Part shown: piece after piece, positions 49,615-62,638 of the stretch
Layout: every line of letters starts with the position of its first letter
How positions within the stretch are numbered: the first letter of the stretch is position 1
Assembly: GCA_951406725.2 (NCBI GenBank)
Contig: OX597827.1
Span: 35,836,001 to 35,900,000, forward strand
Reading direction: 5' to 3'
DNA length: 64,000 nt
Source: Octopus vulgaris
Lineage: Eukaryota
The notes under the pieces: model-generated
What the model was told of the DNA's origin: nothing
The model's input: the letters and a program-made list of their open reading frames with translations, nothing else
Database searches by the model: none
Program-made: the position numbers and the translations under genes

Positions 49615-50570
49615 ATTAAGTGTATTGGTAGAGACGTTATTGGTGGAGGTGGTGGTGGTGGTAGTGGGATGATGGTTGTGGTATATTGCTAGAAATACTA
49701 CTGGTTGTGGTGGATCTCCGAAGAAATGTTATTAGCGGTGGTAGTAGTAGTGATAACTGTGGGTATTGATAGAAATAACATTAACGGTGGTAGTTGTGAT
49801 GGTTATAGATCTTGGTAGAAACGTTATTTGTGGAGGTGGTGGTAATGGTGATGGTAGTGGGTATTGGTAGAAATATTAGTAGTGGTGATGTTTGTGACTC
49901 TTGGTAGAAATGTTATTGGTGGTGCTGATTGTGGTGATGGTAGGTATTTGCAGAAATATCATTAGTGGTGGTGGATGGTGACGGCTGTGGGTCTTGGTAG
50001 AAATGTCATTCGTTAGTGGAGGTGACGGCTGTGGGTCTTGGTAGAAATGTCATTCGTTAGTGGAGGTGACGGCTGTGGGTCTTGGTAGAAATGTCATTCG
50101 TTAGTGGAGGTGACAGTTGTGGGTATTGGTAGAAATATCATTAATGGTGGTGATGGCTGTGGGTCTTAGTAGTAATGTCAGTGGATGTGACGGTTGTGGG
50201 TATTAGTAGAAATACTAGTGATGTGGATCTTGGTAGAAATTTTATTAGAGGTGGTGGTAGTGTTGATGGCTGTGGGTCTTGGTAGAAATGTCATTTGTGC
50301 AGGTAATGGTGGTTGTGATGATAGTTGTGGGTATTGATAGAAATATCGGTGGTGGTGGTGGTAGGTTTTGGTAGAAATGCTTTTAGTGATAATGGTGATT
50401 GGTAGAAGTGCTTGTTAGTGGTGGTGGGAGTGTTAGAAGCGTTGGTAATGGGTATTTCTAGAAATATTAGTGGTTTTGGAGATGAGTTTTGGTAGATAAT
50501 AATTTATCTATTAAGATTCATTATTAGTTGTGATGGTCTTGTAATAGTGGTGATGGGTCTTGGTAGATAT
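49615..50570 (+). repeat. Degenerate G/T-rich minisatellite (~44-50 bp unit, core TTGGTAGAAAT)
   Basis: Core recurs throughout; three perfect 44-bp units at 49977-50108. Confidence 0.85.
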
Positions 50571-50639
50571 GGTTAAAGTATTCCAAACATGATCATCCCT
50601 CCAACCCTTAATGCAGACGATATATCTAAGACTGATTAA

Positions 50640-50750
50640 AGGGGAAAATGCTTAGCGGCATTTCGTCCGTCTTTATGTTCTGAGTTCAAATTCCGCCGAG
50701 GTCGACTTTGCCTTTCATCCTTTCGGGATCGCTGAAGAAAGTACCAGGGT
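50640..50750 (+). mobile_element. tRNA-derived SINE fragment (second family; related copy ~56170-56270)
   Basis: aaaatgcttagcggcatttcgtcc...ctgagttcaaattccgccgaggtcgactttgcc with B-box. Confidence 0.6.
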
Positions 50751-50881
50751 CGAACTTGAAACCATTATCCAAAGTGTCATAACCTTTAAAAAAGACGATG
50801 GTATGCTTTGAGGGAGAATTGGCTGCTATTTCGAGCAGTTCAAGTAACCACATAAAAGAATCTCCTCTCATTAAAGATGCT

Positions 50882-50993
50882 TGCACTTAAAATTTCCAGG
50901 TGGTCACCCATCTTAAGTAGTGCTTAAATGTGTCCTGGAGTTGTTTAACTCCCTAATCGAACGGGAACCGGTGTTTTCGGCGTGACATGACTA
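50882..50993 (-). pseudogene. 5S rRNA pseudogene (or 5S-derived SINE head)
   Basis: Reverse complement CACGCCGAAAACACCGGTTCCCGTTCGAT...GAGTTAAACAAC...CTACTTAAGATGGGTGACCACCTGGAAAT follows the eukaryotic 5S rRNA consensus, with several substitutions and an insertion. Confidence 0.8.
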
Positions 50994-51009
50994 AAATTAT
51001 TATTAGTAA

Positions 51010-51384
51010 CTAGCAGTATCGCCCGGCGTTGCTCAGGTTTGTAAGGGAAATAACTATAAAGCATTTTTAGAGAGTTATAGCCAAAAAATAGCAAAAAAAT
51101 GGAAAAAAAATTATGGTAAATTTTTTTTGAGAGTAAAAAAAGGTTGAGTTGCGTCCCCTAGACAGTCTGTGGTTTGTTTTTTTTTATTCTCGACCCCATG
51201 TCGAATTTATCGATTTTTTTCAGAACTGGGGTTAACTTTTCAAAATTTTCGCTGCGTTAGTTTTGAATTATGACATTGGGCTATGTGTGTGTCAAGTTTC
51301 ATCAGAATCGGTTGAAAGCCGTGGTCAGGGTGAGGGTACGAGAAAACAGACGCACAGACAAACTGCCGTTTATATATAGAGAGA
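51010..51384 (-). mobile_element. Non-autonomous Helitron
   Basis: Minus strand starts A|TCTCTCTATATAT and ends CCTGAGCAACGCCGGG (hairpin)-CGATACTG-CTAG|T, with no TSD. Confidence 0.8.
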
Positions 51385-52225
51385 TGATGGTGGTGGCAAT
51401 GGTGCTTGGACAGGCGGTAGTGCTGGTAGTACTGGCGGCGGCGCTAGTGGTGGTGGTGGTGGATAGTCGGGTGTTCTTACAAATCTTGATAACGAACGTT
51501 TTGTTATTGTTGTAGGTAATGCTTGGTTAGTCTGCTGGGAAGGCGGGAGAAGTATTTGCAAAAGTGATGATCGTGATGGTGACAGGTCTGGGGCTGAGGG
51601 TTAATTGATTAGAAGAGTTAGATATTAATAAAAACACTGTTGTTGTTGTTTAGCCCGGATCCGCACTGGTTGAGCAAACCTATTAACAAAGGCACTGTAA
51701 ATCCAGACATCCCCGTTTATTTAGTTTTTCTAATATCAGATTACATTGTCCAATGTGCCCTAGATATTTTTAAAGTGGGTGGAATGTGTGATTTGAGGGA
51801 GAATAGGCTGCTTTTTCTAGCAAAGCGAGCGGTCGCGTATAAATCCCCTTGTTGATGTAGGTGGTGTTGGTGGTGGTTTGGGGGATGTTTATGAGGGCGA
51901 TCATTTAATGATTGGGCAAGAAAAGTGAGAAGAGAGCGGCGATGGAGGTGGTGGCGGAGACGAGGAACTGTAAAGAAAAAGTTTCACTTTCCTGTTCCTC
52001 TGGAACAGGAAAGTGAGGGGATAATTGAGTATGTAGATACGGAGGTGGGATGTGTGACTACCGCATTCCTAATCTGCCAACTTTTTCTTTTTCCGTTTCT
52101 CTAATTCATTTTCTATGCTATTTTATTTTCTCTCCTTACTCTTTCACTTTTGAAATCTGTTTGTATTCTCCCTCTCTCTTTCTCTCTCACTCTCTCTTCC
52201 TCCCTCTTCTCTCTCACTTTCTCTT

Positions 52226-52292
<67 letters not shown>

Positions 52293-52319
52293 TGACTATT
52301 TCTTACTCCCCCAATTTCT

Positions 52320-52616
52320 CTATTTTCATCTCTATCGAAGCCTGCGATATCGTTAATATAGACTGTCTTTATGTTCGTCTGCTGTTTTGTGTGTGTGTGT
52401 ATACGGCCAAGGTTGTTAACGCAGACTAGTAAAACCTGTTCATTAGTGCGGTCGTCTGTCTTTAGAGGAAAACTTCTTCGAACTTCCTATCAGTTGAAGA
52501 GAGTAATGGAACCCTACAATGTTAAAGAAACAAAAGAAAAACTTATGGTGGTGTGCAATGATTAGCTCATTCATAGAGCTAAAGTATTAAAATCAGCGAC
52601 GAAGTTTGCAGTAAGT
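52320..52616 (+). promoter_or_regulatory. Candidate non-coding first exon of zinc-finger gene 2
   Basis: Non-repetitive, CpG-containing segment after a (CT)n tract, ending in gca|GTAAGT at 52611; in-frame stop upstream of the junction, so 5' UTR. Confidence 0.45.
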
Positions 52617-52817
52617 ACGGGAAATAACTCTAGATGCATTTCGCCTCCTTTCCTCAACTTCTTCGGCACTTTACCAAATAAATATACTAAAATCTTGTTG
52701 GCACAGTGTATTATAAATACCGACATATTACATTTCCCTTGTATATTTTATTTGCCCTGCATGCATACCTATATAAGTGTTCCCCCAATCCGACTTTGTT
52801 TTCACTTAAAATATTAT

Positions 52818-53000
52818 TCTTTTACTTGCTTCACTCATTTGACTGCGGCCATGCTGGAGCTCTGTCTTTAATCGAACAAATCAACCCCGGGACTTATTCT
52901 TTGTAAGCCTGGTACTGATTCTATCGGACTCATTTGCCGAACCGCTAAGTTACGGAGACAACATCGGTTGTCAAGTGATGTTGGGAGGGGGGACAAACAA
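52818..53000 (-). mobile_element. tRNA-derived SINE 3' part
   Basis: tttgactgcggccatgctggagc...gccgaaccgctaagttacgg. Confidence 0.8.
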
Positions 53001-53009
53001 GCATACATA

Positions 53010-53290
53010 TACGAGGTCTGATCAATAAATATCCGGACTGTTGGCATAGTAACGAAGCTAAAGCATGCAGAGTAAAGCCACTTGACACAGATTGACCTTG
53101 AACTTTGCTGTGCATATGTAGTAAGTTTTAAGATTCTAGCTCAATTCTGCTGTTTACAGCAGTGCTTGGGAGGAAGGTGTGTAGCATATGATCATCGCAT
53201 TGACCACGACAGCGATATCTGCTCAGAGGCCTACACAAAGTTGCAGAAAGTGTCATCAGGATGACAAGGCTGAATCACTCACTACAGATT
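53010..53290 (+). mobile_element. mariner-type terminal fragment
   Basis: ta-cgaggtctgatcaataaatatccggact start typical of mariner TIRs; no matching right end seen. Confidence 0.45.
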
Positions 53291-53344
53291 AACTACTTGC
53301 ATATAAGTTAATGCTGCCGACTATAGATGTGTGTGTGTGTGTGT

Positions 53345-53750
53345 GTAGTTGTGTAGTTAAAAAGTTCACTTCCCAGCCACGTAATTTTGCATTCTGTCCC
53401 ACAATCTGGTATCTTAGCCAAGTGCTTTCTGCTATAACCCCAGGCCAACAAAAGCTTGTCAGTGAATTTGATTGTCAGAAACTGAAAGAAGCCCATCAAA
53501 TACACACATAAATGTGCACGTGTGTTTGTGTTTGTGCCTTCTTGTCTTAACATTACATGATAGTTGCAAACGAATGTCACCATTATACAAGTAGTGTTAT
53601 TTATTTCTTCTGGAATACATGTCTAGTCACAGAGAAACAAGTGAGGGTTGGTGACAGAAAGGGCATCCAGCCATAGAAAATCTGTTCCACCAAATTCTAT
53701 CCAACCCATGCAAGCATGTAAAAGTAGACACTAAAATGAAGATGAGGATA
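53345..53750 (+). mobile_element. tRNA-headed SINE with RTE-derived 3' tail
   Basis: SINE head (gaaactgaaagaagccc) joined to agggcatccagccatagaaa...ccaacccatgcaagcatg...atgaagatga, as in the RTE 3' end. Confidence 0.7.
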
Positions 53751-53754
53751 TATA

Positions 53755-54390
53755 GTCAACACCTTCTTTGGACGTCTGCAGAAGTATGTATGACAGAAAT
53801 GAGTACTGTATCTGTCCACCAGGATCAAAGTCTACAAGGCTGCTATCATCACTACTCTCTTCAATGGGTCAGAAGCTTAGGTGCTCTACATGAAAGCTTC
53901 CTCCTTCACTCCATCATGGAAATTTCATGGAAGAAATACATCACCAACAACAAAGTCTTTCAGTAGACCAATGTTCTGAGCATTAAAACCATGCTGCTGT
54001 TCAGACAGCTCAGATGGATAGGCCACACTTCACACATGGTCAAAGCCAGAATGCCAGAGGTTGTATTCTGTAGCAAGCTCAGCTAGGAGTAAAAGAGACA
54101 GGATCTCCCCAGAAGCATTTCAAAGATCAGCTGAAATACCAGCTCACCCAGGCAGGGATAGACCCCACAGAGTGGGAGGGAGATGTGTAGAGATTGCATC
54201 CAAACTGCTGCAAGCAACTTTGAGAAATCTGGGCCAGTTGTGGCAGATGAGAAATACTTAACAAGGAAAGAGATATCATCACAGTCCCCATCTGATCAAA
54301 GCCTACATATTTGCTCCAGCTGCACCAGAGCCTGTCATTCAAGGATCAGTTTACTTAGCCACTTGCTACTCCTCCAAACATGAAGAACTG
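53755..54390 (+). mobile_element. RTE (BovB-like) LINE 3' fragment
   Basis: Translated remnants FGRLQ, IKVYKAA, RQLRWIGH and terminal CSSCTRACHSRISLLSH zinc motif. Confidence 0.7.
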
Positions 54391-56509
54391 ACATAATTCT
54401 GTGTGTGTTTAAGAATGATATAACAAGGATGGAGGGCATCAAGCTTTAATCTACTGTTAAAGCCTGTTATCCTCCATCCTCATATTATTCTTGTATTAAT
54501 TTTATGTAAAGAGGGGTTCCACGTGTGTATCCCACCCTGGAATATATCCTACTGTAGGATAACATGTGGTAGCCAAATAACAACACAAGAGCTCTTAACT
54601 GCACATAATGAGGGTTTTACCAAAATTATACTAAATGTATATGTATGTATTTATGTGTGTATGAATGAACGATAATTACGTATGTCTAGAATACTCAGCC
54701 ACTTATATGTTAATTTCATGGCCAGGCTGTTCCATTGCTCAAATCCACAGGAACATTCATAACCAATGGAGTGCCCAGCCAAATTGGGGAATTCAGTTGA
54801 TCAAACAACAGAATCTTCATTGACAAACAATGGAAAACTATCCATCCAGCCACATATATTTATGTACACTCACAGGGTTACTCGTAAGGTTTCTAGGACC
54901 CTGGGTACTCTGAATTTCTTTCCTTCAATATATACTTTTAAAATGTTTTGACAAAAAGTAAAAATTGCAAAAATTGAACATAGAGCTACAAATTTATTGA
55001 ATGTAATAATTAAATGTTTTATCTTATTTGTTATTTTCATTTTTTTTCCTTATGTATTTCTTGGAATATCCCATAGAACATTGTGCTCTGTACCACATGG
55101 TCCCCTGGGTGACTGCCTAAGTTGCTGATAACTTCAACTGACCATGCATGCATGCGCACATACACACATTTTCTTATATTTTAAAATTACTGACACAACA
55201 CTGTTTCGTTTTGATACAATAATGTACTATAGAATAAATCTATACATTTTAGCCAACACTGCATATGTGAATTAAACTTAATTAAATAGATTTGGCTATT
55301 GTAAAAAAAATGCTTTTTTTCATATAATTTCTATTGCTTTGTAGACTGGAAGAGAGGAATCAGCTATACTGGTTTCAATTCTTTATTTGAGATTTCATAA
55401 ACAACTGAGTACCTGCATATAAATGTTCACAGGGATACACACACACACATCATTATCATCATTGTCCCTGTTCCATGCTGGTATGGTTTGGATGGCTTGA
55501 CAAGGATTTGATGAGTCCAAGGGCTGCATCATGTGCCAGTATTTGCTGTAGTATGGTGTTTCCATGGATACCCTCTCTAAGGTTAACCTGTTTAAAGTGT
55601 GTACTGTGTTAGATATATGTATAGATATATATTTTGCTAATATATATGTACACACACACATACACACGCACACACAACCACTATTATTGAAGGCTCCACT
55701 AAATCAGATAAATTGAATTACTAATTTAATTTATTTATTTACTAGCCATTAAGAATGTTTTATGGGGGGGGGGGCTGACTTTTTTTCTTTTTTCTTTTTT
55801 TTTTTTTGTAGGAGAGTAGATTTAAGGGAGATTTGGTTGCTGATTCTAACAGATCAGTCAACTGCACAGAGGGTGTCCTGCAACATTGCTGTAAAAATCA
55901 ATAAAGGATCTATCTGCTAGCAGTACTGTGTTAAAACTCTCTTTTTGGTTTGAGTCTTGATAGAAATGTTAGCCATGCTGTTGTGTTGGTAACTATTTTA
56001 GATTGAATCAGAAAATGTGTGAATTAATTTGTTATCCAACTGAAAAAGTAAACAAATTTCTAGAGTCAGCAGAGCATTTATTAGATAGAATGTCTCCCGG
56101 TATTTATTGTACAGTTGGCAATTAACTTTGATTTTTATTCATTCAGGGTCAATAAAATAAATTACCAGTCCAAGGTGATGGATTGGTGGAACTGTGAGAC
56201 CGTCAGGCTGGATGCCTTGTGATATTTATTTCAGATCCTTGTGTTCTGAGTTCAAATCCTGCTATGACCTACTTGCATAGCAGACTTAATTCATCCCCTG
56301 GCTTAGTACCACCACTTAGTGCATTGGTTACTTTTAGAAGAGTCCACTTTGTTGCAAACTTTCAGGTTAAGCTTCCGATTTAAGAATACTTATCTCCAAT
56401 CTCCTCACAAATCATGTGAAGAGTCAGGGGCAGCTTTCCCTCTTCACTAAAATGATAAAATAAATAAATAACTGAAAATTCTCTTTCAATCTTATTCTCT
56501 TAATTCTCT

Positions 56510-56550
56510 TTAATCTTAAATATTTTTCTTCTTTATTTTTGTATTTTTAG
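56510..56550 (+). other. 3' splice acceptor of the coding exon of zinc-finger gene 2
   Basis: tatttttcttctttatttttgtatttttag|gttgc immediately upstream of the ORF. Confidence 0.8.
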
Positions 56551-56560
56551 GTTGCGGAAT

Positions 56561-57295
56561 ATGTATCCTGGTCAGTCAGTCTATACCATGAGCCAAAAAT
56601 TCTCCTGTGACGAATGTGATGAAGCATTTCCTTTGTATGACCTGTTGAAAGCCCACATCCGCACAACCCATTCATTGGCTTCACAACAGCAACGTAGTTA
56701 TTGCTGCGCAATCTGCAACAAAGCTTTCACACAGAGAACAAACCTGCGTACACATGAAAGAGTGCACTCTGGTGAAAGACCCTACAAATGTGCGATGTGT
56801 TCCAAGGCATTTTACCAACGTACCAATCTACGAAATCACATACGAACTCACACAAACGAGCGACCTTATACTTGCACTGTATGTGGGCGTGCCTTCACTC
56901 AGCGAGGTAATTTGTACCTTCATGAAAGAATTCATTCTGGTATTCGTCCATTTCAGTGCAACATTTGTGAGCGAGCATTCTCGCAGAAGGGTAACCTTAA
57001 AAGCCACCTGCGCACACATGAGCGCAAGAAGGATGCAGGAAAGAACTATTCTAAAGTTGAGGGGAATAACATTACTGCATTTGCGTGTGGCGAGTGTGGA
57101 AAAGCATTCCAGCGCCAGTCCTTGCTTAAGTGTCATGAAAAAACACACCAACTTGAACAGCAATCACTGAAACAGAAAGGATGTGAGGATAAGGAAGAAG
57201 ACATGACATTGAGTAACTACAAACAAAGTGGTATATCTCAAGCTGTCTTTCCTGATACATCTTCACCCTTGCTCCTGAGAATCACCACAAAATGA
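56561..57295 (+). CDS. C2H2 zinc-finger protein, ~244 aa, 6 fingers (4 in a linked tandem array)
   Basis: Intact ORF with CDEC..HIRTTH, four linked fingers (SGERP, TNERP, SGIRP linkers) and a sixth CGEC..HEKTH; strong acceptor ...ttttgtatttttag ending 56550; first ATG at 56561 (the ORF track starts at an upstream TTG). Confidence 0.92.
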   Translation: MYPGQSVYTMSQKFSCDECDEAFPLYDLLKAHIRTTHSLASQQQRSYCCAICNKAFTQRTNLRTHERVHSGERPYKCAMCSKAFYQRTNLRNHIRTHTNERPYTCTVCGRAFTQRGNLYLHERIHSGIRPFQCNICERAFSQKGNLKSHLRTHERKKDAGKNYSKVEGNNITAFACGECGKAFQRQSLLKCHEKTHQLEQQSLKQKGCEDKEEDMTLSNYKQSGISQAVFPDTSSPLLLRITTK

Positions 57296-58431
57296 ACCTT
57301 TCCAACAACAATCTAATAAATCTTCATTCTCTCTCCTCATATACACCCTTTCCCTTCTCTCTCCCTCTCTCTCTCCATCCTTTGTCACTTTCATGCAGTC
57401 TCTTTCTTTCATAGACCCTATTTCCCTGCTCCTCATACTCACTCTCTCTTTCCTCTTAATTCATTACTTCTCTCATATTCTCTGTTCCTTTTTCAGTCAC
57501 CATCATGTATACACTCTGTATTACATCTTCACTATCATACGCTATATATATCTTAACAGTTACAATATTACACATACGTCATGCAGCACATTGTCATTAC
57601 ATCTGCACATTTCTTTGCTAATAGCTGAGGTTAAAGTGGCGGACCACAGACTACATAGGCATGAGTTGTTCAAACCATACTACTACTATTACAATCAATC
57701 AGCATGTTATCTCTCTAAGCAAAATATAGCCCTGATTTCTCCAGTTTACCTGTCTAACTGAAATGATTTTCCTTCACTTAGGAGGTCTATTTTAGAGTTA
57801 TTACCCCTGCCTGCCTTGGTGAGAGAGAGAGAGAGAGTCTTGATCTTTTTTTTTTTACATGGTGTTAACATTTATTTAAACAGATGCCACTCATACTTCA
57901 TGGGTGGGTGTCTAGAAGTAGGAATGGATATTCATTTGCAAAAACAATCATTCACACTACTCACACTAGCAATGACAAATATACTTCATAAAACTAGTCA
58001 ATAAGGGAGCTTCTATGAGGTCGATTGATCTTCTGAAAACAGCAGCCAGATCTCCCTCAGATCACAATAAATATACAACAAATGTAACTAGTCACTGAGA
58101 GAACCTCTACAAGGTTATTCACCATGCTGGGAATAGTGGTCACTTATCCTCCAATTACATGACAAATATGCAATATATATAACTAATCGATAAAGGAATT
58201 CTACAAGGTCATTCAACCTACAGAAATAGCAATCAAATTTCCCTTAAATTACACCCTACCACTCTGAAAAAGGAAGAATGTGGTCCTATATTTTGCAATG
58301 CCTGCGAAAAGATTGGATGGTCATGACTGGAATGCTCTGATGTGTGTGTGTATTATGAAAACATTGAACAGAAAATAAAAGAAGACAGCTCAGGAGGGAC
58401 ACACTTTATCAAATGTATTAGCTTATGTGTG

Positions 58432-58715
58432 TGTGAACGTGTGCAGCCTAGTGGTTAGGGTGTTACACTAATGGTTGCAAGATTGTGATTTCAATTGCCA
58501 GATTGGTAATGCATTTTGTTCTTGGAGAAAAACATATTATTTCATGTTGGTTCAGTCCATTCAGATGTAAATGGGTAACCCTATGATGGACTGTCATTCC
58601 ATTTGCAGGTGAATGATAACCTGTCCACCTACCCAGCAGGGTGACATCATTCTAAAGCTTTAACAATGTGAAGAAGCACATTGTGACCAACAGTGTATAA
58701 CAACATCTAATAGTA
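58432..58715 (+). mobile_element. tRNA-headed CORE-like SINE (old)
   Basis: gcctagtggttagggtgtt A-box, gatttcaattgcc B-box, atttcatgttggttcagtccattcag core. Confidence 0.6.
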
Positions 58716-58757
58716 TAACAACATCTAATATGTATGTATGCATTTATATATAGATAT

Positions 58758-58794
<37 letters not shown>

Positions 58795-59030
58795 GTGTGT
58801 CTGTATGTATGTATCTATCTATATATCTGTATAAATGTATCTATATATGTGTGTGTATATATGTATGTATATATATATATATATGTATATGTAATATGTA
58901 TGTATATATGTGTATATATATATGTGTGTGTGTGTATATATATGTATATATATAATTATGTATATATATGTATATTTATATATATGTGTGTATGTATATG
59001 TATATATATATATTTATATGTATGTATATC

Positions 59031-59667
59031 ATCATCATCGTTTAATGTGCACTTTCTATGCTGGCATAGGTTGGATGGTTTGACTGTATATATGTATATG
59101 TATATATATGTATGTATGTATATGCATATATATGTGTGTGTATATATATATATGTATGCATGTATATATATATGTATGTATATATATATATATGTGTGTG
59201 TGTGTGTATATATCATCATCATTATCATCGTTTAATGTCTGCTCTCCATGCTGGCATGGTTTGACTGAGGACTGGCAAGCCAGAAGGCTGCACCAGGCTC
59301 CAGTCTGATCTGGCAAGGTTTTTACTGGTGGATGCCCTTCCTAACAGCAACGACTCTGAGAATGTAGTGAGTACTTTTCATGTGCCAGTCAGACAGTACT
59401 GGCATCGACCAGCACAGGACTAGTCAGGCGGCACTGACATCGACCATGTTCATATGGTACATTTTACGTGCCAGTCAGGCGGTACTGGTATCGGCCATGA
59501 CAATGATTTCAATTGACTCAACAGGTCTTCCGAAACACAGTTTATTGCCCGATGATTGAAGGGTACTCTTAAATGGATGAGTTATGCAACACTCACATAG
59601 GCTAAGGTTACAGCCTCACTAGGCTTGCCGGGTCTTCTCAAGCACAGCATGTCTCCAAAGGTCTCGG
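59031..59667 (-). mobile_element. RTE 3' end (59213-59667) plus short tail remnant (59031-59085)
   Basis: catcatcgtttaatgt...gctggcat motif twice; homology to the RTE 3' UTR. Confidence 0.75.
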
Positions 59668-59756
59668 TGTGTGTGTGTGTATATGATGAACGGGAGAAAC
59701 TCAGAGTAACAGATTTTGTTGAATTTTCTGCTGCTGTGTGTGTGTGTATAATTGTT

Positions 59757-59798
<42 letters not shown>

Positions 59799-59951
59799 TG
59801 TGTGTGTATATGCATATATTTTTATATATATTATTTCTCTTTATATAGAATTAAGGATAAAATCACTTTAATGATTTTATCTAGTGGCCAGTGTGAAATA
59901 TAACCTATATATAAATATATGTATGTATGTATATATGTATGTATGTATATG

Positions 59952-60005
<54 letters not shown>

Positions 60006-60126
60006 GCTGCAGTCAAATGACTGAAACAAGTAAAACAATACATATATGTGTTTGTGTGTATATATATACATACATACATATATATGTGTATGTATGTATA
60101 TATGCACATATATATATTTATATATC

Positions 60127-60259
60127 CTTTTACTTGTTCCAGTCATTTGACTGCAACTAAGCCTTTAGTCAAACAAAATAACCCCAGGACTTATTCTCTT
60201 TTGCCGAACTGCCAAGTTACAAGGATAAACACAGACACACACATGCATGCACATATGTT

Positions 60260-60325
<66 letters not shown>

Positions 60326-60517
60326 TATACATACATATACATATACATATACATGCGATAGGCTTCTTTCAATTTCCATCTACCAAATCCACTCACGAAG
60401 ATTTGGTCAGCCTGAGGCTACAGTAGAAAACACTTGCCCAAGGTGCACGCAGTGGGACTGAACTCAGAACCATGTGACTTGGAAGCAAGCTTCTTACCAC
60501 ACAGCCATATCTGCACC
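60127..60517 (-). mobile_element. tRNA-derived SINE, near full length, central (TA)n expanded
   Basis: Head gcagtgggactgaactcagaacc...cttcttaccacacagcc and tail both present. Confidence 0.85.
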
Positions 60518-62638
60518 TATGAATATATATATAGTGAAAATGATGATATTTTTTAATAAGTACCTGGTTAGAAAGACAGTGAGAATGATAATTTAAGGTA
60601 GATGTTTGATTAGGCTTGTGAGTGCTGTCATCTAAAAACTCTCACACACACACCTACACATGTATGTATGTCATTGTTCCTACATCTGTCTTTGTTTTTC
60701 TATAAATTTGAACTATATATATATATTGAGAAACAGAGTAAGTAGGTGGGCAGAGAGATTGTTTAACCAAGAATATCTCTAAAAGTGTCATATTGGTATG
60801 ACATCATTGATATTTGACACACTAGTATCAAACTGCAACAAAGACTAGAAATGATCAAAATTTAGTAAACTTCCACTTGACCTTTCAACTTGCTAGATGT
60901 AGCAGCCAGATCTCTCAAACCACATTCTACTATCAAAAATGGGGGAAGTCCTCAATACATTATCTAGAGACATAAAACAGGGTAGTCATGATTGGAATGT
61001 TTTTGAGCATAGGTCTACTGGATTATAGCTGACTGATCTGAGTCTTAACAACTACTGCTACAATACTAGGTAAACAATAAAGACATCAACACAGTAATAT
61101 AGAAAGACACAACAGAATTTATTTGCATGTTATTTAACCTATACACTGATGAAACCAAATCTCCCTACCCTTATTAAAATGGTGCCCTAAATCTCAAAAC
61201 TGAAACCTATTGAGGTGAATCCATACCACATTTCTAAATATTCAACCAACACAGCTGACTGACATTACTCAATAACAACAACTTTATCACTGTACTGCAT
61301 GGTACAACACTGGCTAACCAAAGACTGTATATACAGTCACTGAAATTGATGGAAATAACAGTCAAATCTTCCTCAAATTGCATCATATTTTTTTTTTTTT
61401 AAAGTGACATTGGATAATGTAGTACCAGATATTTAATGGAAAGGGCATGGCTAGATTTACTTTAATCCTAGGTCTGGTCATGTAATGCTAACCTGAGATT
61501 AAACAACACTAATACTACATTATATCATGCTATACTATAATTACACTAAAAATATCTCAAGGGTGTCATATCTCATTAAAATCAGATTTCATCTTCATCC
61601 ACAAAAACTATACTACAGAAGTCACCTCCAACATTATCATTGCCACTGTCTCCATAAAAACCATCACAACAACAACCACAATAACAAAAACATTCCCACA
61701 ATGTTATTTGTAGTGCCAGATAAAGAGATTTATCTCCAACTACCTGAAAAATTCAATTCAATAACCTAAAATAAATGGCTAGAAGAGAATGATGCAACCT
61801 CCTTGATACTGAATTCAAATTCATTTGAAACCAACAAAAAGCCCTTACATCATTGCTTGACCTGCTAAAAATAACAGCTAAATTCCTCAAATCATATCTT
61901 TGCCATCTCAAATAAGGCATACATTAGATAACACTGCACTGTGCTGAGTCCTGTCATTTAGCAGACAAATTCCTTGCAAGCCAAATATGCAAAATGGTTT
62001 TAATTCCCAGTTGAAACCATTTCATCTCACCTTCTTATATGTTGCTAATGTCTTTGGCAAAAAGCATGAACATCACAGAATCCCTTTCTTTTCTTTTATA
62101 AATTTAGGAACTTGGGCCTAGTCAAAAAGTCGAATAACTAAAAGAAACTAATAGTCCATCTAACTCTGAATCTATAAAAACTGAGTTCCTTGATATCAAC
62201 CTCAACCAACTTGCATAATCAGTAACATTATACTCACTCGTTCCTTACTTTACCATTACAACTCTCTCCATATATTTCGTAGACTGGTACGCTGGTAAAA
62301 TGCCTTCATCGTTTTGTATACAGACATCAAAATAAAATATATTTAAGCTAATTGTGTTCTTGAAAATTTTCAACCTGATCCCTCCAACACACTCATATGC
62401 ATACGTATAAATATGTGTATCTGTATGTCCACTTCAATTTATGTCTTTACATATATGTGTGTGTGTGTATATATATATATAATATACACACTCTTGTTTA
62501 TTTAACAATGTCAGAGGCTTTTACTTTAAAATTGACATTTCTTGTTAAAAACAACTTCGACAGGAGGGAAAATATATTTGTTCTTGTCATATATTGTTTG
62601 CCTATTCATGAATGCATATGAATGGGTATATATATATA

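Noticed and set aside
49615-50570. CRISPR-like repeat-spacer array
   Set aside because: Spacers are related low-complexity sequence, the context is eukaryotic and there are no cas genes
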